A stretch of 64,000 bases of DNA from Methanocaldococcus indicus (lineage in GTDB: Archaea; AGJL01; Methanococci; Methanococcales; Methanocaldococcaceae), in the NCBI RefSeq assembly GCF_049554935.1, contig NZ_CP186926.1:704001-768000 (forward strand), given 5' to 3'. Shown here piece by piece: positions 14,197 to 25,083 of the stretch (position 1 is its first letter; each line of letters begins with the position of its first letter). The notes under the pieces are model-generated. The model did no database searches. It was not told the DNA's origin and was given only the letters and a program-made list of their open reading frames with translations. The translations under genes and the position numbers were made by a program.

Positions 14197-15698
14197 ACAT
14201 TTTAGGAATACATGATGGGCATAATGCAAGCTCCACATATATAAATAAAAATACAATATTAGCTAACAGTGAAGAGAGATTTAAAAGAATAAAAAATTAT
14301 AGAGGTTTTCCTGAAGAATCTATAAGATATATCCTAAATAAAGTAACAAATGTTGATGAGATAAAAGTTGGCTCAGTATTTAGGAGAAGAAACAAATTAT
14401 TAAAAATTAGGGATTTTCAAAATAAATTAAGAAAAAATCTTGTTTTTATATACCATCATCTCTCACATAGTTATTTATATAAATTATCTGATTTTAAGGA
14501 GTGCTTAGTTATCTCATTAGATGGCTCAGGAGATGGTCTATCTTTTTTAGCATCAATAGGAAAGGATGATTTAGAAGTTATTTGTGAGAGTTCATACTTA
14601 GATTCTGTTGGAGATTTTTATGCATCTATAACAGAGTTGTTAGGTTTTAAACCTATGGAAGATGAAGGTAAAGTTATGTCTTTATCTTCTTTTACATCTG
14701 ATTACTATTTTAATTTAAAAGTTATTGACTATATTGAGGAATTAAAAAGTTTTAGAAACTTTTTAGATGTTGTAGGTAGTGAAGCAACAAAAAAACTAAA
14801 ATCTTTATTGAATTTAGATAATCTAGATTTTAATAAAAAAGTTGGAGTAGCCAAATATGCACAAAAAGTTTTAGAGGAAGTTGTTTTAAAAGCTATAAAT
14901 CACCTATCTTCTGAGTACAATATAGAGAATATAGTTTTTACAGGAGGAGTTGCTCAAAATGTTAAATTAAACTCTAAAATTGCAGAAAATTTTAACTTAT
15001 TTGTTCCTCCATTTATGGGGGATGAAGGTTTAAGTTTTGGAGCTGTTTTATCCTCAAAATACTTTAAAAGATTAGAAATAAAAAATACATATTTTGGTTA
15101 TAAGATTGAGAATGAAAGAGTAGATAAAATATTAACCTCTCTGAACTCAACATATAAATACACTTACTTAGAAAATAAAGAAATTCCAGAAATTATTGGG
15201 GAGAAAATTTTAGATAATAAAGTTGTTTGTATAGCAAGAGATGAAATGGAATTTGGACCAAGAGCTTTGGGAAATAGAAGTATAATAGCTCTTCCAACAA
15301 AAGAAAATAGAGAAAGAATCAATAAAATTTTGGGGAGAGAGTGGTTTATGCCCTTTGCTCCAACTATCTTGTATGAGTATGTTGATGACTATTTAATAAA
15401 TCCTAAGTATAGTCCATTTATGACACTTCTTTTTAAAGTTAGGGAAGAAAGAGTTAAAGAGATTGAAGGAGTTGTTCATGTAGATAAAACAACAAGACCA
15501 CAAACATTAAAAAGAGAAAGTAATCCTCTATATTATGACATAATCAATTATATCAATGAAAATATAAACTTGCCAGTTGTTTTAAATACTTCATTTAATT
15601 TACATGGAGAGCCCATAGTTTGTAGAGAGGTAGATGCTTTAAAAAGTTTTAAATTTGATTATTTGCTTTTGGGGAATTATTTAATAGAGAAGGTGTAG
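14193..15698 (+). CDS. NodU/CmcH-family carbamoyltransferase
   Basis: HDGHNAS, HHLSH, EGKVM, GGVAQN, EFGPRALGNRSI, VLNTSFNLHGEPIV. Confidence 0.92.
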   Translation: MNILGIHDGHNASSTYINKNTILANSEERFKRIKNYRGFPEESIRYILNKVTNVDEIKVGSVFRRRNKLLKIRDFQNKLRKNLVFIYHHLSHSYLYKLSDFKECLVISLDGSGDGLSFLASIGKDDLEVICESSYLDSVGDFYASITELLGFKPMEDEGKVMSLSSFTSDYYFNLKVIDYIEELKSFRNFLDVVGSEATKKLKSLLNLDNLDFNKKVGVAKYAQKVLEEVVLKAINHLSSEYNIENIVFTGGVAQNVKLNSKIAENFNLFVPPFMGDEGLSFGAVLSSKYFKRLEIKNTYFGYKIENERVDKILTSLNSTYKYTYLENKEIPEIIGEKILDNKVVCIARDEMEFGPRALGNRSIIALPTKENRERINKILGREWFMPFAPTILYEYVDDYLINPKYSPFMTLLFKVREERVKEIEGVVHVDKTTRPQTLKRESNPLYYDIINYINENINLPVVLNTSFNLHGEPIVCREVDALKSFKFDYLLLGNYLIEKV

Positions 15699-15701
15699 GA
15701 T

Positions 15702-16826
15702 GTGAAAGTAGTAACTGTTGATGAACTAAAAAAATTGATTAGAAATAATGAGGAAGATAAAATTGATGAGATTGATGTAGTTACTACTGCTACTTGTGGA
15801 ATAATGTCTGGAACTTCTGGGATATTTCACTTAAATTTTAATACACTATTTAGAAGGGCTAAAAAAATCTTTTTTAATGATATTGAGGGAGTAGTAGGTG
15901 TTTGTCCAAATGAATATTTGGGAAGAGTAGATTGCATATTTTTTGGGGAGGTAGGATTTTTATTTAAAGATATTGTTAAAGGTAAGGATATAGATGTTAA
16001 AGTTATAACTGATGAAGGTAAAGAAATTGAAGAAATATTTAACATAGAAAAATTTGAAACAGCTAAAATGATTGGAACAAGATTTGCTTTTAAAAATTAT
16101 TTAGCATTTACATCTAATAAAGAGACAGCTACAATTTTCCATAGATTCAAATTAAAGATAGGAGAGGCATCATTTTCCGGATGTGGTGAAATCAATCCAC
16201 TTGAGAATATGATTATTAAAGATAAGAATGATGTTGTAGGGCTAAGAGGACTATTGAATGGAGCTGAGTGTTTAGTATTAGGTTTTGGAACAAGGTCAAG
16301 TTTAGAAAAACCTAACTTAATGATATCAGCAAATATGAAAGATATGGACAGTTACTATTTAGGAGGATTTTTAACTTCTGGAGGAATTGAGATATATAAT
16401 ACTGTTGCTTTGCCAGTAGATGTAAGGAAACATAGAGAGGCTTTAAAAAAATTAGATAAAGATATTCCTCTACCATTGGTTAATTTATTTGGTAGAGAGA
16501 TTATAGATTATGGTAAGTATTCTGATGTCTGGGAGAATGTAGATTTAAGACCTAAAATATATATTGAGAAATGTAAAAATTGTAATATTTGTAAAGCAGA
16601 AGAGAGCTGTCCAACAAATGCAATAAAAAAAGAGAACAATAAAATTATTATAACTGAGGATTGCTTTGGTTGTGGAGTTTGTGGTTATGTTTGTGAAGTT
16701 TTTAAAATAAGATTAGGAGAAATTTGTGGGTTAAAAATTACTTGCAGACAATCAGATAGAAAAAGGGCTTTAAAGTTAGCAAAAGAGTTAAAGAAGAGAA
16801 TTATAAAAGGAGAATTATCTATATAG
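15702..16826 (+). CDS. Methanogenesis marker 16-like metalloprotein (DUF39 plus ferredoxin domain)
   Basis: [31 protein letters not shown], two C-terminal Cys-rich 4Fe-4S motifs. Confidence 0.82.
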   Translation: MKVVTVDELKKLIRNNEEDKIDEIDVVTTATCGIMSGTSGIFHLNFNTLFRRAKKIFFNDIEGVVGVCPNEYLGRVDCIFFGEVGFLFKDIVKGKDIDVKVITDEGKEIEEIFNIEKFETAKMIGTRFAFKNYLAFTSNKETATIFHRFKLKIGEASFSGCGEINPLENMIIKDKNDVVGLRGLLNGAECLVLGFGTRSSLEKPNLMISANMKDMDSYYLGGFLTSGGIEIYNTVALPVDVRKHREALKKLDKDIPLPLVNLFGREIIDYGKYSDVWENVDLRPKIYIEKCKNCNICKAEESCPTNAIKKENNKIIITEDCFGCGVCGYVCEVFKIRLGEICGLKITCRQSDRKRALKLAKELKKRIIKGELSI

Positions 16827-18110
16827 AACTTCTAAGTGTTTTGGTTCTTCTTTTAATCTTTTCTTGCCCATAACTTTAAATACTGCTTTTAGGAAGTCCT
16901 CCATAGTTACATAATCTCTTTTGTCTCTTATTGCATTCATTCCCGCCTCAGTACATATAGCTTTTAAATCAGCCCCAACACATCCCTCTGTTAATCTTGC
17001 TATTTCTTGTAAATCTACATCTTTTGCTAAGTTCATATTTCTTGTGTGTATCTTTAATATTTCATATCTTCCTCTTTCATCTGGTGGTGGAACTTCTACT
17101 ATTCTGTCAAATCTTCCTGGTCTTAAAATTGCTGGGTCTAAAATGTCTAATCTGTTTGTTGCAGCTATAATTTTTACATCTCCTCTTGGGTCAAATCCAT
17201 CCATTTCAGCTAAGAGTTGCATTAATGTCCTTTGAACTTCTCTATCTCCACCTGTTAAAGCCTCTGTTCTTTTAGCAGCAATAGCATCAATCTCATCAAT
17301 AAATATTATTGATGGAGCTTTTTCTTTGGCTAATTTAAATATATCTTTAACTAATGTAGCACCTTCTCCAATAAACTTTTTAACTAACTCAGAACCTACA
17401 ACTCTAATAAAGGTAGCATTTGTTTCTCTTGCAACTGCCTTAGCTAATAAAGTCTTACCTGTCCCTGGTGGTCCATAAAGCAAGATTCCCTTAGGTGGCT
17501 CTATACCAACTTTTTCAAACAATTCAGGATATTTTAAAGGTAGTTCAACGACTTCCCTAACTTCTTGTATTTGCCTTTCTAATCCTCCAATATCCTCATA
17601 TCTAACATTTGGTCTCTCATCTACTTCCATAGCTCTTGCTCTATAATCCTTAGTTTCTGGAAGGACATCAACAATAGTTAAAGTTTGTTGATTAAGACAT
17701 ACTCTTTTTCCAGGAGTTAGTTCATCAGGATTTACAAAGTGAGATATTGTAACTAAGAAACTTGGACCTGTAGAACTTCTAACAACTGCTTTTCTATCTC
17801 CAACCTTTTCAACAACTGTCCCAATTAATAAAGGAGGCATTCTCATTCTGTCCAATTCTCTTCTTAATATTTCATTTTCTTTAACTAAGTGTAAATTTTC
17901 TTTTTCTAATTCTTTCTTTTCTAACTCTAATTTTAGTAATTTTCCTTCCAATTCTGCAATTCTTGCATCTTTATCCAACTCAGATAGTTCTTTTGTTTCA
18001 TCTTCTTTTTTTTCTTCTTTAAATTCATCAATTATTTCATTATCTAAATTGTCTTTTATATCAACTTTAATTTTTTTCTTACCAATATCAAAAAACTCCT
18101 CAAATACCAT
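16815..18110 (-). CDS. pan: Proteasome-activating nucleotidase
   Basis: Coiled coil, [21 protein letters not shown]-terminal HbYX (LYR). Confidence 0.97.
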   Translation of the reverse strand: MVFEEFFDIGKKKIKVDIKDNLDNEIIDEFKEEKKEDETKELSELDKDARIAELEGKLLKLELEKKELEKENLHLVKENEILRRELDRMRMPPLLIGTVVEKVGDRKAVVRSSTGPSFLVTISHFVNPDELTPGKRVCLNQQTLTIVDVLPETKDYRARAMEVDERPNVRYEDIGGLERQIQEVREVVELPLKYPELFEKVGIEPPKGILLYGPPGTGKTLLAKAVARETNATFIRVVGSELVKKFIGEGATLVKDIFKLAKEKAPSIIFIDEIDAIAAKRTEALTGGDREVQRTLMQLLAEMDGFDPRGDVKIIAATNRLDILDPAILRPGRFDRIVEVPPPDERGRYEILKIHTRNMNLAKDVDLQEIARLTEGCVGADLKAICTEAGMNAIRDKRDYVTMEDFLKAVFKVMGKKRLKEEPKHLEVLYR

Positions 18111-18216
18111 AACACATCACCAAAGATTAATAATAGTAATATACTATTTAATCCATATTATGGTAATAAGTATAATACATAAAATATTTTATAAATAACT
18201 TTACATTAAAAAGTTG

Positions 18217-18507
18217 ATGACTATGCCAAAGATGGTTATACTACCAAAGATGGTTTTAGCATTAGGTGGATATATTAGAGAGACAGTATTCCCTTACACT
18301 GATGTAGAAGGTTTAAAGCCCTTTCCATACAGAAATATTATAGTTGGAAATCCTCTAAATGAGAGTGTTAAGATAGAAGTTCCTGTATATGATGAGGACT
18401 GGATAGAGAAGCATAAACAATTAGGATTAATTATTGTTACTGTTAATGAAGATGATGATTTTGTAGGGCTTTTTAAGAAAGTTAAATATATGGTGTCTAA
18501 GGAATGA
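18217..18507 (+). CDS. ehbP: Energy-converting hydrogenase B subunit P-like
   Basis: LALGGYIRET..PYRNIIVGNP..KIEVPVYDEDWIEKH. Confidence 0.75.
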   Translation: MTMPKMVILPKMVLALGGYIRETVFPYTDVEGLKPFPYRNIIVGNPLNESVKIEVPVYDEDWIEKHKQLGLIIVTVNEDDDFVGLFKKVKYMVSKE

Positions 18508-19190
18508 TTAAAGGAGTTATTTTTGATTTAGATGACACACTATACAACAGTTCTGAGTTTGTTAATATTGCAAGGAGAGAAGCTATAAAATCAATGATTG
18601 ATGCTGGATTAGATGTTGATTTTAATACTGCATGGGAAATACTAAATAAAATTATTAAAGATAAAGGTTCCAATTATGGAAAACATTTTGATGATTTAGT
18701 TAAGGCAATATTAGGATATTATAACCCCATGATAATAACAACTGGAATAATAACATATCATAATGTTAAAGTTGCTTTATTAAGACCTTACCCAGATGTT
18801 ATAAAAACTTTAATTGAATTAAAAAAAATGGATTTAAAGTTGGCTGTTTTAACTGATGGCTTAACAATAAAGCAATGGGAAAAATTGATAAGATTAGGAA
18901 TTCATCTATTTTTTGATGAAGTTGTTACTTCAGAGGAATTTGGTTTAGGTAAGCCACATATTGAATTTTTTAAGTATGGATTAAAAAAACTAAATTTGAA
19001 ACCTAAAGAGGTTATATATGTTGGAGATAGAGTTGATAGAGATATAAAACCTGCAAAAGCCTTAGGAATGATAACAGTAAGAATATTAAAGGGAAAATAT
19101 AAAGATATGGAGGATAATATATCTGACTACAAAATTGAAAATATAAAAGAACTTCTCCCAATAATAAAAAATTTAGTGGAATCAAAATGA
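18504..19190 (+). CDS. HAD-family hydrolase (TIGR02253-like)
   Basis: FDLDDTL, LTDG, KPH, YVGDRVDRDI. Confidence 0.9.
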   Translation: MIKGVIFDLDDTLYNSSEFVNIARREAIKSMIDAGLDVDFNTAWEILNKIIKDKGSNYGKHFDDLVKAILGYYNPMIITTGIITYHNVKVALLRPYPDVIKTLIELKKMDLKLAVLTDGLTIKQWEKLIRLGIHLFFDEVVTSEEFGLGKPHIEFFKYGLKKLNLKPKEVIYVGDRVDRDIKPAKALGMITVRILKGKYKDMEDNISDYKIENIKELLPIIKNLVESK

Positions 19191-19933
19191 GAATAATAAA
19201 GTTGTTTTTTTCTTTTTTTACAAGAATTCCTATTAATGTGGAAAATTTTAGTTTAGAAGATATAGGTAAAAATTTTCATTTAGTTATTTTTATAGGATAC
19301 TTTTTTGGAGTTATTGGTTATATTTTTGTTAAGTTATTATGTATATATCCTCTATTGTCTTCAACAATAACAATTTTTATTATTGAGTATTTAAATAGTT
19401 TTCAACATTTTGATGGATTATTAGATTTTGGAGATGCATGGATGAGCTTTAACAACAAATTAGATGCTTTAAAAGATAAGTATATAGGTGTTGGAGGTTT
19501 TGCTTTTGGATTTTTTATAACATTGATAAGTATTATCTCTTACTCATACTTTATTACTAATAGTTTAATATATTATATCTTTATTATAGAGGTGTTAAAC
19601 AAATTAAGTATGATAAGTTGTGCTACTTTTGGAAATCCTCAACCATCTGGCTCAGGAAGATATATTGTTAAAAACTGCTCATTAAAAAATTTAATGTATG
19701 GATTAATTTTAGTTTTGCCTTTAATTTTAATTAATAAAGAGGTAATTTTTCTAATTATATGCTCTGTAATTGTTGGATATATTTTAAGTAGATATGCAAA
19801 TAAAAATTTAAGTGGAGTTAATGGGGACATATTAGGAGCAAGTAATGAGATTAATAGAGCAGTAATATCCTTTTTAATAATCTTCTCTAACAACATCTAC
19901 ATAGATGTCCTTACCTTCTTTAATAGCTTTTAA
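19187..19933 (+). CDS. cobS: Adenosylcobinamide-GDP ribazoletransferase
   Basis: FFTRIP, HFDGLLDFGD, GVNGDILGA. Confidence 0.92.
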   Translation: MRIIKLFFSFFTRIPINVENFSLEDIGKNFHLVIFIGYFFGVIGYIFVKLLCIYPLLSSTITIFIIEYLNSFQHFDGLLDFGDAWMSFNNKLDALKDKYIGVGGFAFGFFITLISIISYSYFITNSLIYYIFIIEVLNKLSMISCATFGNPQPSGSGRYIVKNCSLKNLMYGLILVLPLILINKEVIFLIICSVIVGYILSRYANKNLSGVNGDILGASNEINRAVISFLIIFSNNIYIDVLTFFNSF

Positions 19934-21796
19934 TATCTCCTTTCCTACTTTTGTTTTTTTGTTAATTCTTACAGTTCCATCAACTCTTGCTGTAACAGTT
20001 GTTAATAATTTATTATTATCAATATATATTTTTATATTTTCTCCAGCATAATCTTCTCCAACATCTACTACAACATGCTTATCAGTTTCATAAATTTTAA
20101 AACTCTCCAATTCATTATCTATTTCATAAATTTTGTTAAACTCTTCTTTTTCAAGATTTTCATCTTTTTCTCTTACAGATATTTTTAATCCCAAAGTATT
20201 TTCTAATTTAGATATTTCCTTACCACCTTTCCCAATTATACTTCCAATGTATCTCTCTGGGACATACAACTCAATAGAATCATCACCTTTAACTTTAACT
20301 ATTGGTTTAGCTTTTCTTGGTAATAATCTTCTTAAAATTTCTTCCAATTTTTCTTCTGCATAGCTGTATATTGGAGGAGCTTTTTTCTCATCACCTTTTA
20401 CTGGCATAACTACTACTTGCTCCCCATAAGTATAGATTTCATACTCTGTCTCTCCTGTTTCAAAGTCTTTAACTTCTATAACTGGCCTTGCTAAATCTTC
20501 CTCAACCATTCCATAAGGAACTTTAACAGTAAAATCTAACTCATAAACTTTCTGGATTTTACCATCTTTTATAAATATAACTGTATCTACAACCTGTGGG
20601 ATAACTCCCAACTCAACTCTACCAATTAATCTTTGAATGGCATCTATTGGTTTTGAAGCATGAACAACTCCAACCATTCCAACTCCAGCTAATCTCATAT
20701 CTGCAAAAATTTCAAAATCCCTTGTTTTCCTAACTTCATCATAAATTGTGTAGTCAGGTCTAACTAATAAAAGAATATCTGCTGTTTTTTCCATATCTCC
20801 CTCTAATGGAGCATATTGAGTTATCTCTTTACTAACTTGTAAATCTCTTGGGCTCTCCATTGTTTTAACTATTTTTCCTTTATTTTTATAGAATTCCGCC
20901 AAAGCAGTAACAAATGTCGACTTTCCACTTCCAGGTGGTCCAGAAATAAAGATTCCTTCTGCTCTTTCTTCCAATCTTTTTAAGAGTTTATCTGATAAAT
21001 TATAATCTTCTAACTTAGCTTTTATTATTGGTCTTACAGCAGTAACTTCTAATGCCTCAGAAAATGGAGGTCTTGCAATTGAAATTCTTAGATTTCCTAA
21101 TTGAATAACTGTTGCTCCTTTTCTTTGTATTTCAAATAATCCATTGTTTAATTCAGCATATTTTATAATATTATCAATAATCTCCTCCATTTCCTCTTTT
21201 GTTAGTTCTTTCTCACCAATTGGAACTAACTTTATATCTCCAGGCTTTCCTTTTTTTGCATAAGGAAGACAACCTTCTTTTAAATGAACTGACATTGTTT
21301 CTTCATCAAAAAACTTATCTAAAACTAACTCAATATCTTCTTCCTCTTTCTCTAAATATATTGCATCTATCCCTTGTGCCTTTGCTAAATTGTACTGTAT
21401 CCAATCAGATGTTAGTAATATAGAATTTGTTTCCTTAGCAACATTTCTAATCATTGCATCAATTTCTCCACTTTTAGCTAAAGCTATTTCCTCCAAACTT
21501 GGTCTTTCTCCATAATACTCAATTTTAATTCCTTTCTCCTTAGCTTTTTCAGTAATTTTTCTTAATTCCTCTATTCCCTTAAATCCTATTTCTCTTCCTT
21601 TATTTGCTTGATATTCCAATTCTGAAACAACTGCCTCAGGAATAACTATTGTAGAATTTTCTAAAATTCCTTTATCTATCATCTCTGAAATTCTACCATC
21701 TATAACAACACAAGTATCAACACATATTTTTTTGCCTTTTAAATCCAATTCATCAATTTTTTTAGCTTCTAATTGTTTTCTTTCTTCTAAATTCAT
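19874..21796 (-). CDS. PIN-domain ATPase with KH domain (PINA-like)
   Basis: PIN VDTCVVIDG, GPPGSGKST, DEVR, KH IIGKGG. Confidence 0.9.
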   Translation of the reverse strand: MNLEERKQLEAKKIDELDLKGKKICVDTCVVIDGRISEMIDKGILENSTIVIPEAVVSELEYQANKGREIGFKGIEELRKITEKAKEKGIKIEYYGERPSLEEIALAKSGEIDAMIRNVAKETNSILLTSDWIQYNLAKAQGIDAIYLEKEEEDIELVLDKFFDEETMSVHLKEGCLPYAKKGKPGDIKLVPIGEKELTKEEMEEIIDNIIKYAELNNGLFEIQRKGATVIQLGNLRISIARPPFSEALEVTAVRPIIKAKLEDYNLSDKLLKRLEERAEGIFISGPPGSGKSTFVTALAEFYKNKGKIVKTMESPRDLQVSKEITQYAPLEGDMEKTADILLLVRPDYTIYDEVRKTRDFEIFADMRLAGVGMVGVVHASKPIDAIQRLIGRVELGVIPQVVDTVIFIKDGKIQKVYELDFTVKVPYGMVEEDLARPVIEVKDFETGETEYEIYTYGEQVVVMPVKGDEKKAPPIYSYAEEKLEEILRRLLPRKAKPIVKVKGDDSIELYVPERYIGSIIGKGGKEISKLENTLGLKISVREKDENLEKEEFNKIYEIDNELESFKIYETDKHVVVDVGEDYAGENIKIYIDNNKLLTTVTARVDGTVRINKKTKVGKEILKAIKEGKDIYVDVVREDY

Positions 21797-21798
21797 AT

Positions 21799-22437
21799 TT
21801 ATTCACCTTGTAGTTTTTTATAAATTTCTACTCTTTCTTTAATTAATTTTTTAATTTTATCTACACCCTCACCTTTCTTTAAAATTGCTGGAACTATAAA
21901 TTTCCATTGAGTCCATGGTGGAGAACACTTTAAATATTCACAAATTTTATTTAAAATTATATCTTTTTCCTCTTTTTTTATCTTATCCATCTTATTAGCT
22001 ACTAATATAGGAGATATTTTCAACTCAGTTATAAAATCAAACATCTCCAAATCTATTGGAATCTCTCCTCTATTCTCCCATCTCTCAACAATTTCAATAA
22101 ATGGTTTAACATCAATAACATGAATAGCAGCTGCAATATTATCTGCATTCTCTTCTATATATTTAACTATCTCATCTTTTATCTTCTCTTGAACATGCTT
22201 AGGAATTCCTTTCATATATCCAAATCCTGGCATATCAACTAATATATAATCTCCTAAATCATACTCATTAATCTTTAAAGTTACACCAGGTCTTTTTCCT
22301 ACTTTAATATCTTTTCTACCTGTTAGATGTCTAATTAAAGTTGATTTACCAACATTACTCCTACCTACAACAATAACCTTAGGTTTATTTTTGAGTTTTT
22401 GTTTTTTTAATTTTATATACTTTTCTAAAAAATTCAT
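21799..22437 (-). CDS. engB: GTP-binding protein EngB
   Basis: [22 protein letters not shown]. Confidence 0.92.
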   Translation of the reverse strand: MNFLEKYIKLKKQKLKNKPKVIVVGRSNVGKSTLIRHLTGRKDIKVGKRPGVTLKINEYDLGDYILVDMPGFGYMKGIPKHVQEKIKDEIVKYIEENADNIAAAIHVIDVKPFIEIVERWENRGEIPIDLEMFDFITELKISPILVANKMDKIKKEEKDIILNKICEYLKCSPPWTQWKFIVPAILKKGEGVDKIKKLIKERVEIYKKLQGE

Positions 22438-22545
22438 AATAATCACTTTAAATTTTTAATTTTATAAATTATATGTTAGATATTAAATATTATTTTTAAT
22501 TTTTAATATTATTACTTTGGATAAATATAAGGGTGAGGACATATT

Positions 22546-23280
22546 TTGTTAGGTAGAGTAGAAAAAAAGCTAAATAGGATTATAGAGAATGAGGGAGCTG
22601 CCTATTTTATACTAATTGACCCTGAAAAAGATGTTGATTTAGAAAGTATTATGGATTATGCTGATGCTTTCTTAATAGGTGGAAGTTCAGGAATAGTAAA
22701 TTTAGATGAAAAAATTAAAGAGATTAAAAAAGATACCAATATCCCTATAATTTTATTTCCTGGAAATGTTGATGGCATTTCAAAAGAGGCAGATGCAATA
22801 TTATATATGAGCTTAATGAATTCAAGAAACACCTACTGGACAACTCTTGCTCCTACATTAGGAGCTATAAAAATCTTAAAGTATAAGATTGAGCCAATTC
22901 CAACAGCATATATATGTATAGAGCCTGCAAAAAATACAACTGTTGGATTTGTAGGAGACATAAATGAAATTCCTAAAAATAAGCCAAATATTGTAGCTAT
23001 GTATTGTCTATCTGCCAAATTTTTTGGTATGAGATGGTGTTATTTAGAAGCTGGAAGTGGAGCAGAATTTCCAGTTAGTAATGAAGCTATAAAGATAAGT
23101 AAAGAGATAGCAAATATTAATATTATTGTTGGAGGAGGCATAAGAGATGAAAAAACTGCCTATGAAAAAGTTAAAGCTGGTGCTGATGTAATTGTAACAG
23201 GCACTTTAATAGAAAAAAATCCTGATAAAGTTGAACAAATATATAATGCAATAAAAAAAGCAGGGAGGGAAAAATTATGA
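22546..23280 (+). CDS. Geranylgeranylglyceryl phosphate synthase
   Basis: [32 protein letters not shown]. Confidence 0.92.
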   Translation: MLGRVEKKLNRIIENEGAAYFILIDPEKDVDLESIMDYADAFLIGGSSGIVNLDEKIKEIKKDTNIPIILFPGNVDGISKEADAILYMSLMNSRNTYWTTLAPTLGAIKILKYKIEPIPTAYICIEPAKNTTVGFVGDINEIPKNKPNIVAMYCLSAKFFGMRWCYLEAGSGAEFPVSNEAIKISKEIANINIIVGGGIRDEKTAYEKVKAGADVIVTGTLIEKNPDKVEQIYNAIKKAGREKL

Positions 23281-24557
23281 GGATATATACAAGTGAAATA
23301 ACTCCTGATAAAGATGGAGAAATTGTAGAGTTAGCAGGATGGGTTCATTCTGTAAGAGCATTAGGTAAGTTAGTATTTGTTATTTTAAGAGATAGAGAAG
23401 GGACAATTCAAATAGTTGCTCCAAAACAAAAAGTTGGAGAAGAACTATTTAAAAAAATAAAATCACTTGGACAGGAGGATGTTATAAAAGTTAAAGGTAA
23501 AGTTGTAGCTAATGAAAAAGCTCCTGGAGGAGTAGAAATTCTTCCATTGGAAGTTGAAATATTAAATAGAGCAGTAAGACCTCTTCCATTAGACCCAGCT
23601 GAAAAAGTTCCGGCTGAATTAGATACAAGATTAGACAACAGATTTTTAGATTTAAGAAAACCAAAAGTTCAGGCAATATTTAAAATTAGAAGTGAAATGT
23701 TAAAATCTGTGAGAGATACATTTTATAAAGAAGGATTTATAGAAGTTAATACTCCAAAATTAGTAGCAAGCTGTACAGAAGGAGGAACAGAACTTTTCCC
23801 AATATCTTACTTTGAGAAAGAGGCATTCTTAGGACAAAGTCCTCAGCTGTATAAGCAGATGTTAATGGCATCTGGATTAGATAGAGTTTTTGAAATAGCT
23901 CCAATATTTAGAGCAGAAGAGCACAACACAAGGAGACATTTAAATGAAGCTATATCTATAGATATTGAGATGGCTTTTGCAGATGATAAAGATGCTATGG
24001 ATATGTTAGAGAAAGTTGTTTTAAATGCATTAAATGATGTTTATGAAAATAGAGAAAAAGAATTAAATATATTGGGAGTAAAATTAGATATTCCTGAGAA
24101 GATAGATAGAATTACTTATGATGAAGCCCTTGAAATAATAAAAAATAAAGTTCCAATTGAATGGGGAGATGATTTAAGTAGGGAAGCAGAGAAAGTTTTA
24201 GGAGAGGAAATGGGCTCATACTACTTTATAACTGATTGGCCTTTGGAAATTAGACCTTTCTATACAATGCCAAAAGATGAAAAAATTGGAAAAGCTTTTG
24301 ACTTGATGTATAAAGATTTAGAGCTATCATCTGGGGCTCAAAGAATTCATCTATATGATTTATTAGTTGAAAGTATAAAGAAAAAAGGACTCTCCCCTGA
24401 AGGATTTACATTTTATTTAGAAGCTTTTAAATATGGTATGCCTCCACATGCTGGTTGGGGTTTAGGAGCAGATAGATTTACAATGGTATTGACTGGAAGA
24501 GAAAATATAAGAGAATGTGTATTATTCCCAAGAGACAGACAAAGATTGACTCCTTAA
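23277..24557 (+). CDS. aspS: Aspartate--tRNA(Asp/Asn) ligase, probably non-discriminating
   Basis: Class II motifs [19 protein letters not shown]; GWVH and KAPGG residues typical of the ND type. Confidence 0.96.
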   Translation: MRIYTSEITPDKDGEIVELAGWVHSVRALGKLVFVILRDREGTIQIVAPKQKVGEELFKKIKSLGQEDVIKVKGKVVANEKAPGGVEILPLEVEILNRAVRPLPLDPAEKVPAELDTRLDNRFLDLRKPKVQAIFKIRSEMLKSVRDTFYKEGFIEVNTPKLVASCTEGGTELFPISYFEKEAFLGQSPQLYKQMLMASGLDRVFEIAPIFRAEEHNTRRHLNEAISIDIEMAFADDKDAMDMLEKVVLNALNDVYENREKELNILGVKLDIPEKIDRITYDEALEIIKNKVPIEWGDDLSREAEKVLGEEMGSYYFITDWPLEIRPFYTMPKDEKIGKAFDLMYKDLELSSGAQRIHLYDLLVESIKKKGLSPEGFTFYLEAFKYGMPPHAGWGLGADRFTMVLTGRENIRECVLFPRDRQRLTP

Positions 24558-24612
24558 TAGTTATTCTTTTTATTACTATTTAATTAAAATTTTAAAAAAA
24601 AAGGTTTTAACC

Positions 24613-25083
24613 ATGTTTATAGCCAAGGGAGCTATTATTATTGGAGATGTTAAATTAGGTAAAGAGTGTTCAGTATGGTTTAATGCTGTTTTAAGAGGTG
24701 ATTTAAATAAAATAGTTGTTGGTGATTATTCAAATATTCAAGATAATTGTGTAATACATTGCTCTAAGGATTATCCTACAATCATTGGAAAGTATGTATC
24801 AATTGGACATTGTGCTGTTGTTCATGGTGCTTATATAGAGGATAATGTTTTAGTTGGAATGAATTCAACAATATTAAATGGAGCAAAAATTGGAAAAAAT
24901 TGTATAATTGGAGCTAATGCATTAATTCCACAAAATAGAGAAATTCCAAAAAATAGCTTAGTTTTAGGAGTTCCTGGTAGAGTTGTTAGAGAACTAAGTA
25001 AAGATGAAATTAAAAGTATTAAAGAAAATGCTTTAAGATACTGTGAATTAGCAAAAAAGTATTTAGAGGGAGAGTATGAGTGA
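24613..25083 (+). CDS. Gamma carbonic anhydrase-family hexapeptide-repeat protein
   Basis: [24 protein letters not shown]. Confidence 0.9.
   Translation: MFIAKGAIIIGDVKLGKECSVWFNAVLRGDLNKIVVGDYSNIQDNCVIHCSKDYPTIIGKYVSIGHCAVVHGAYIEDNVLVGMNSTILNGAKIGKNCIIGANALIPQNREIPKNSLVLGVPGRVVRELSKDEIKSIKENALRYCELAKKYLEGEYE

Noticed and set aside
18130-18150. AATAGTA-ATA-TACTATT palindrome between pan and ehbP
   Set aside because: Almost pure AT with no supporting context; chance occurrence is likely.
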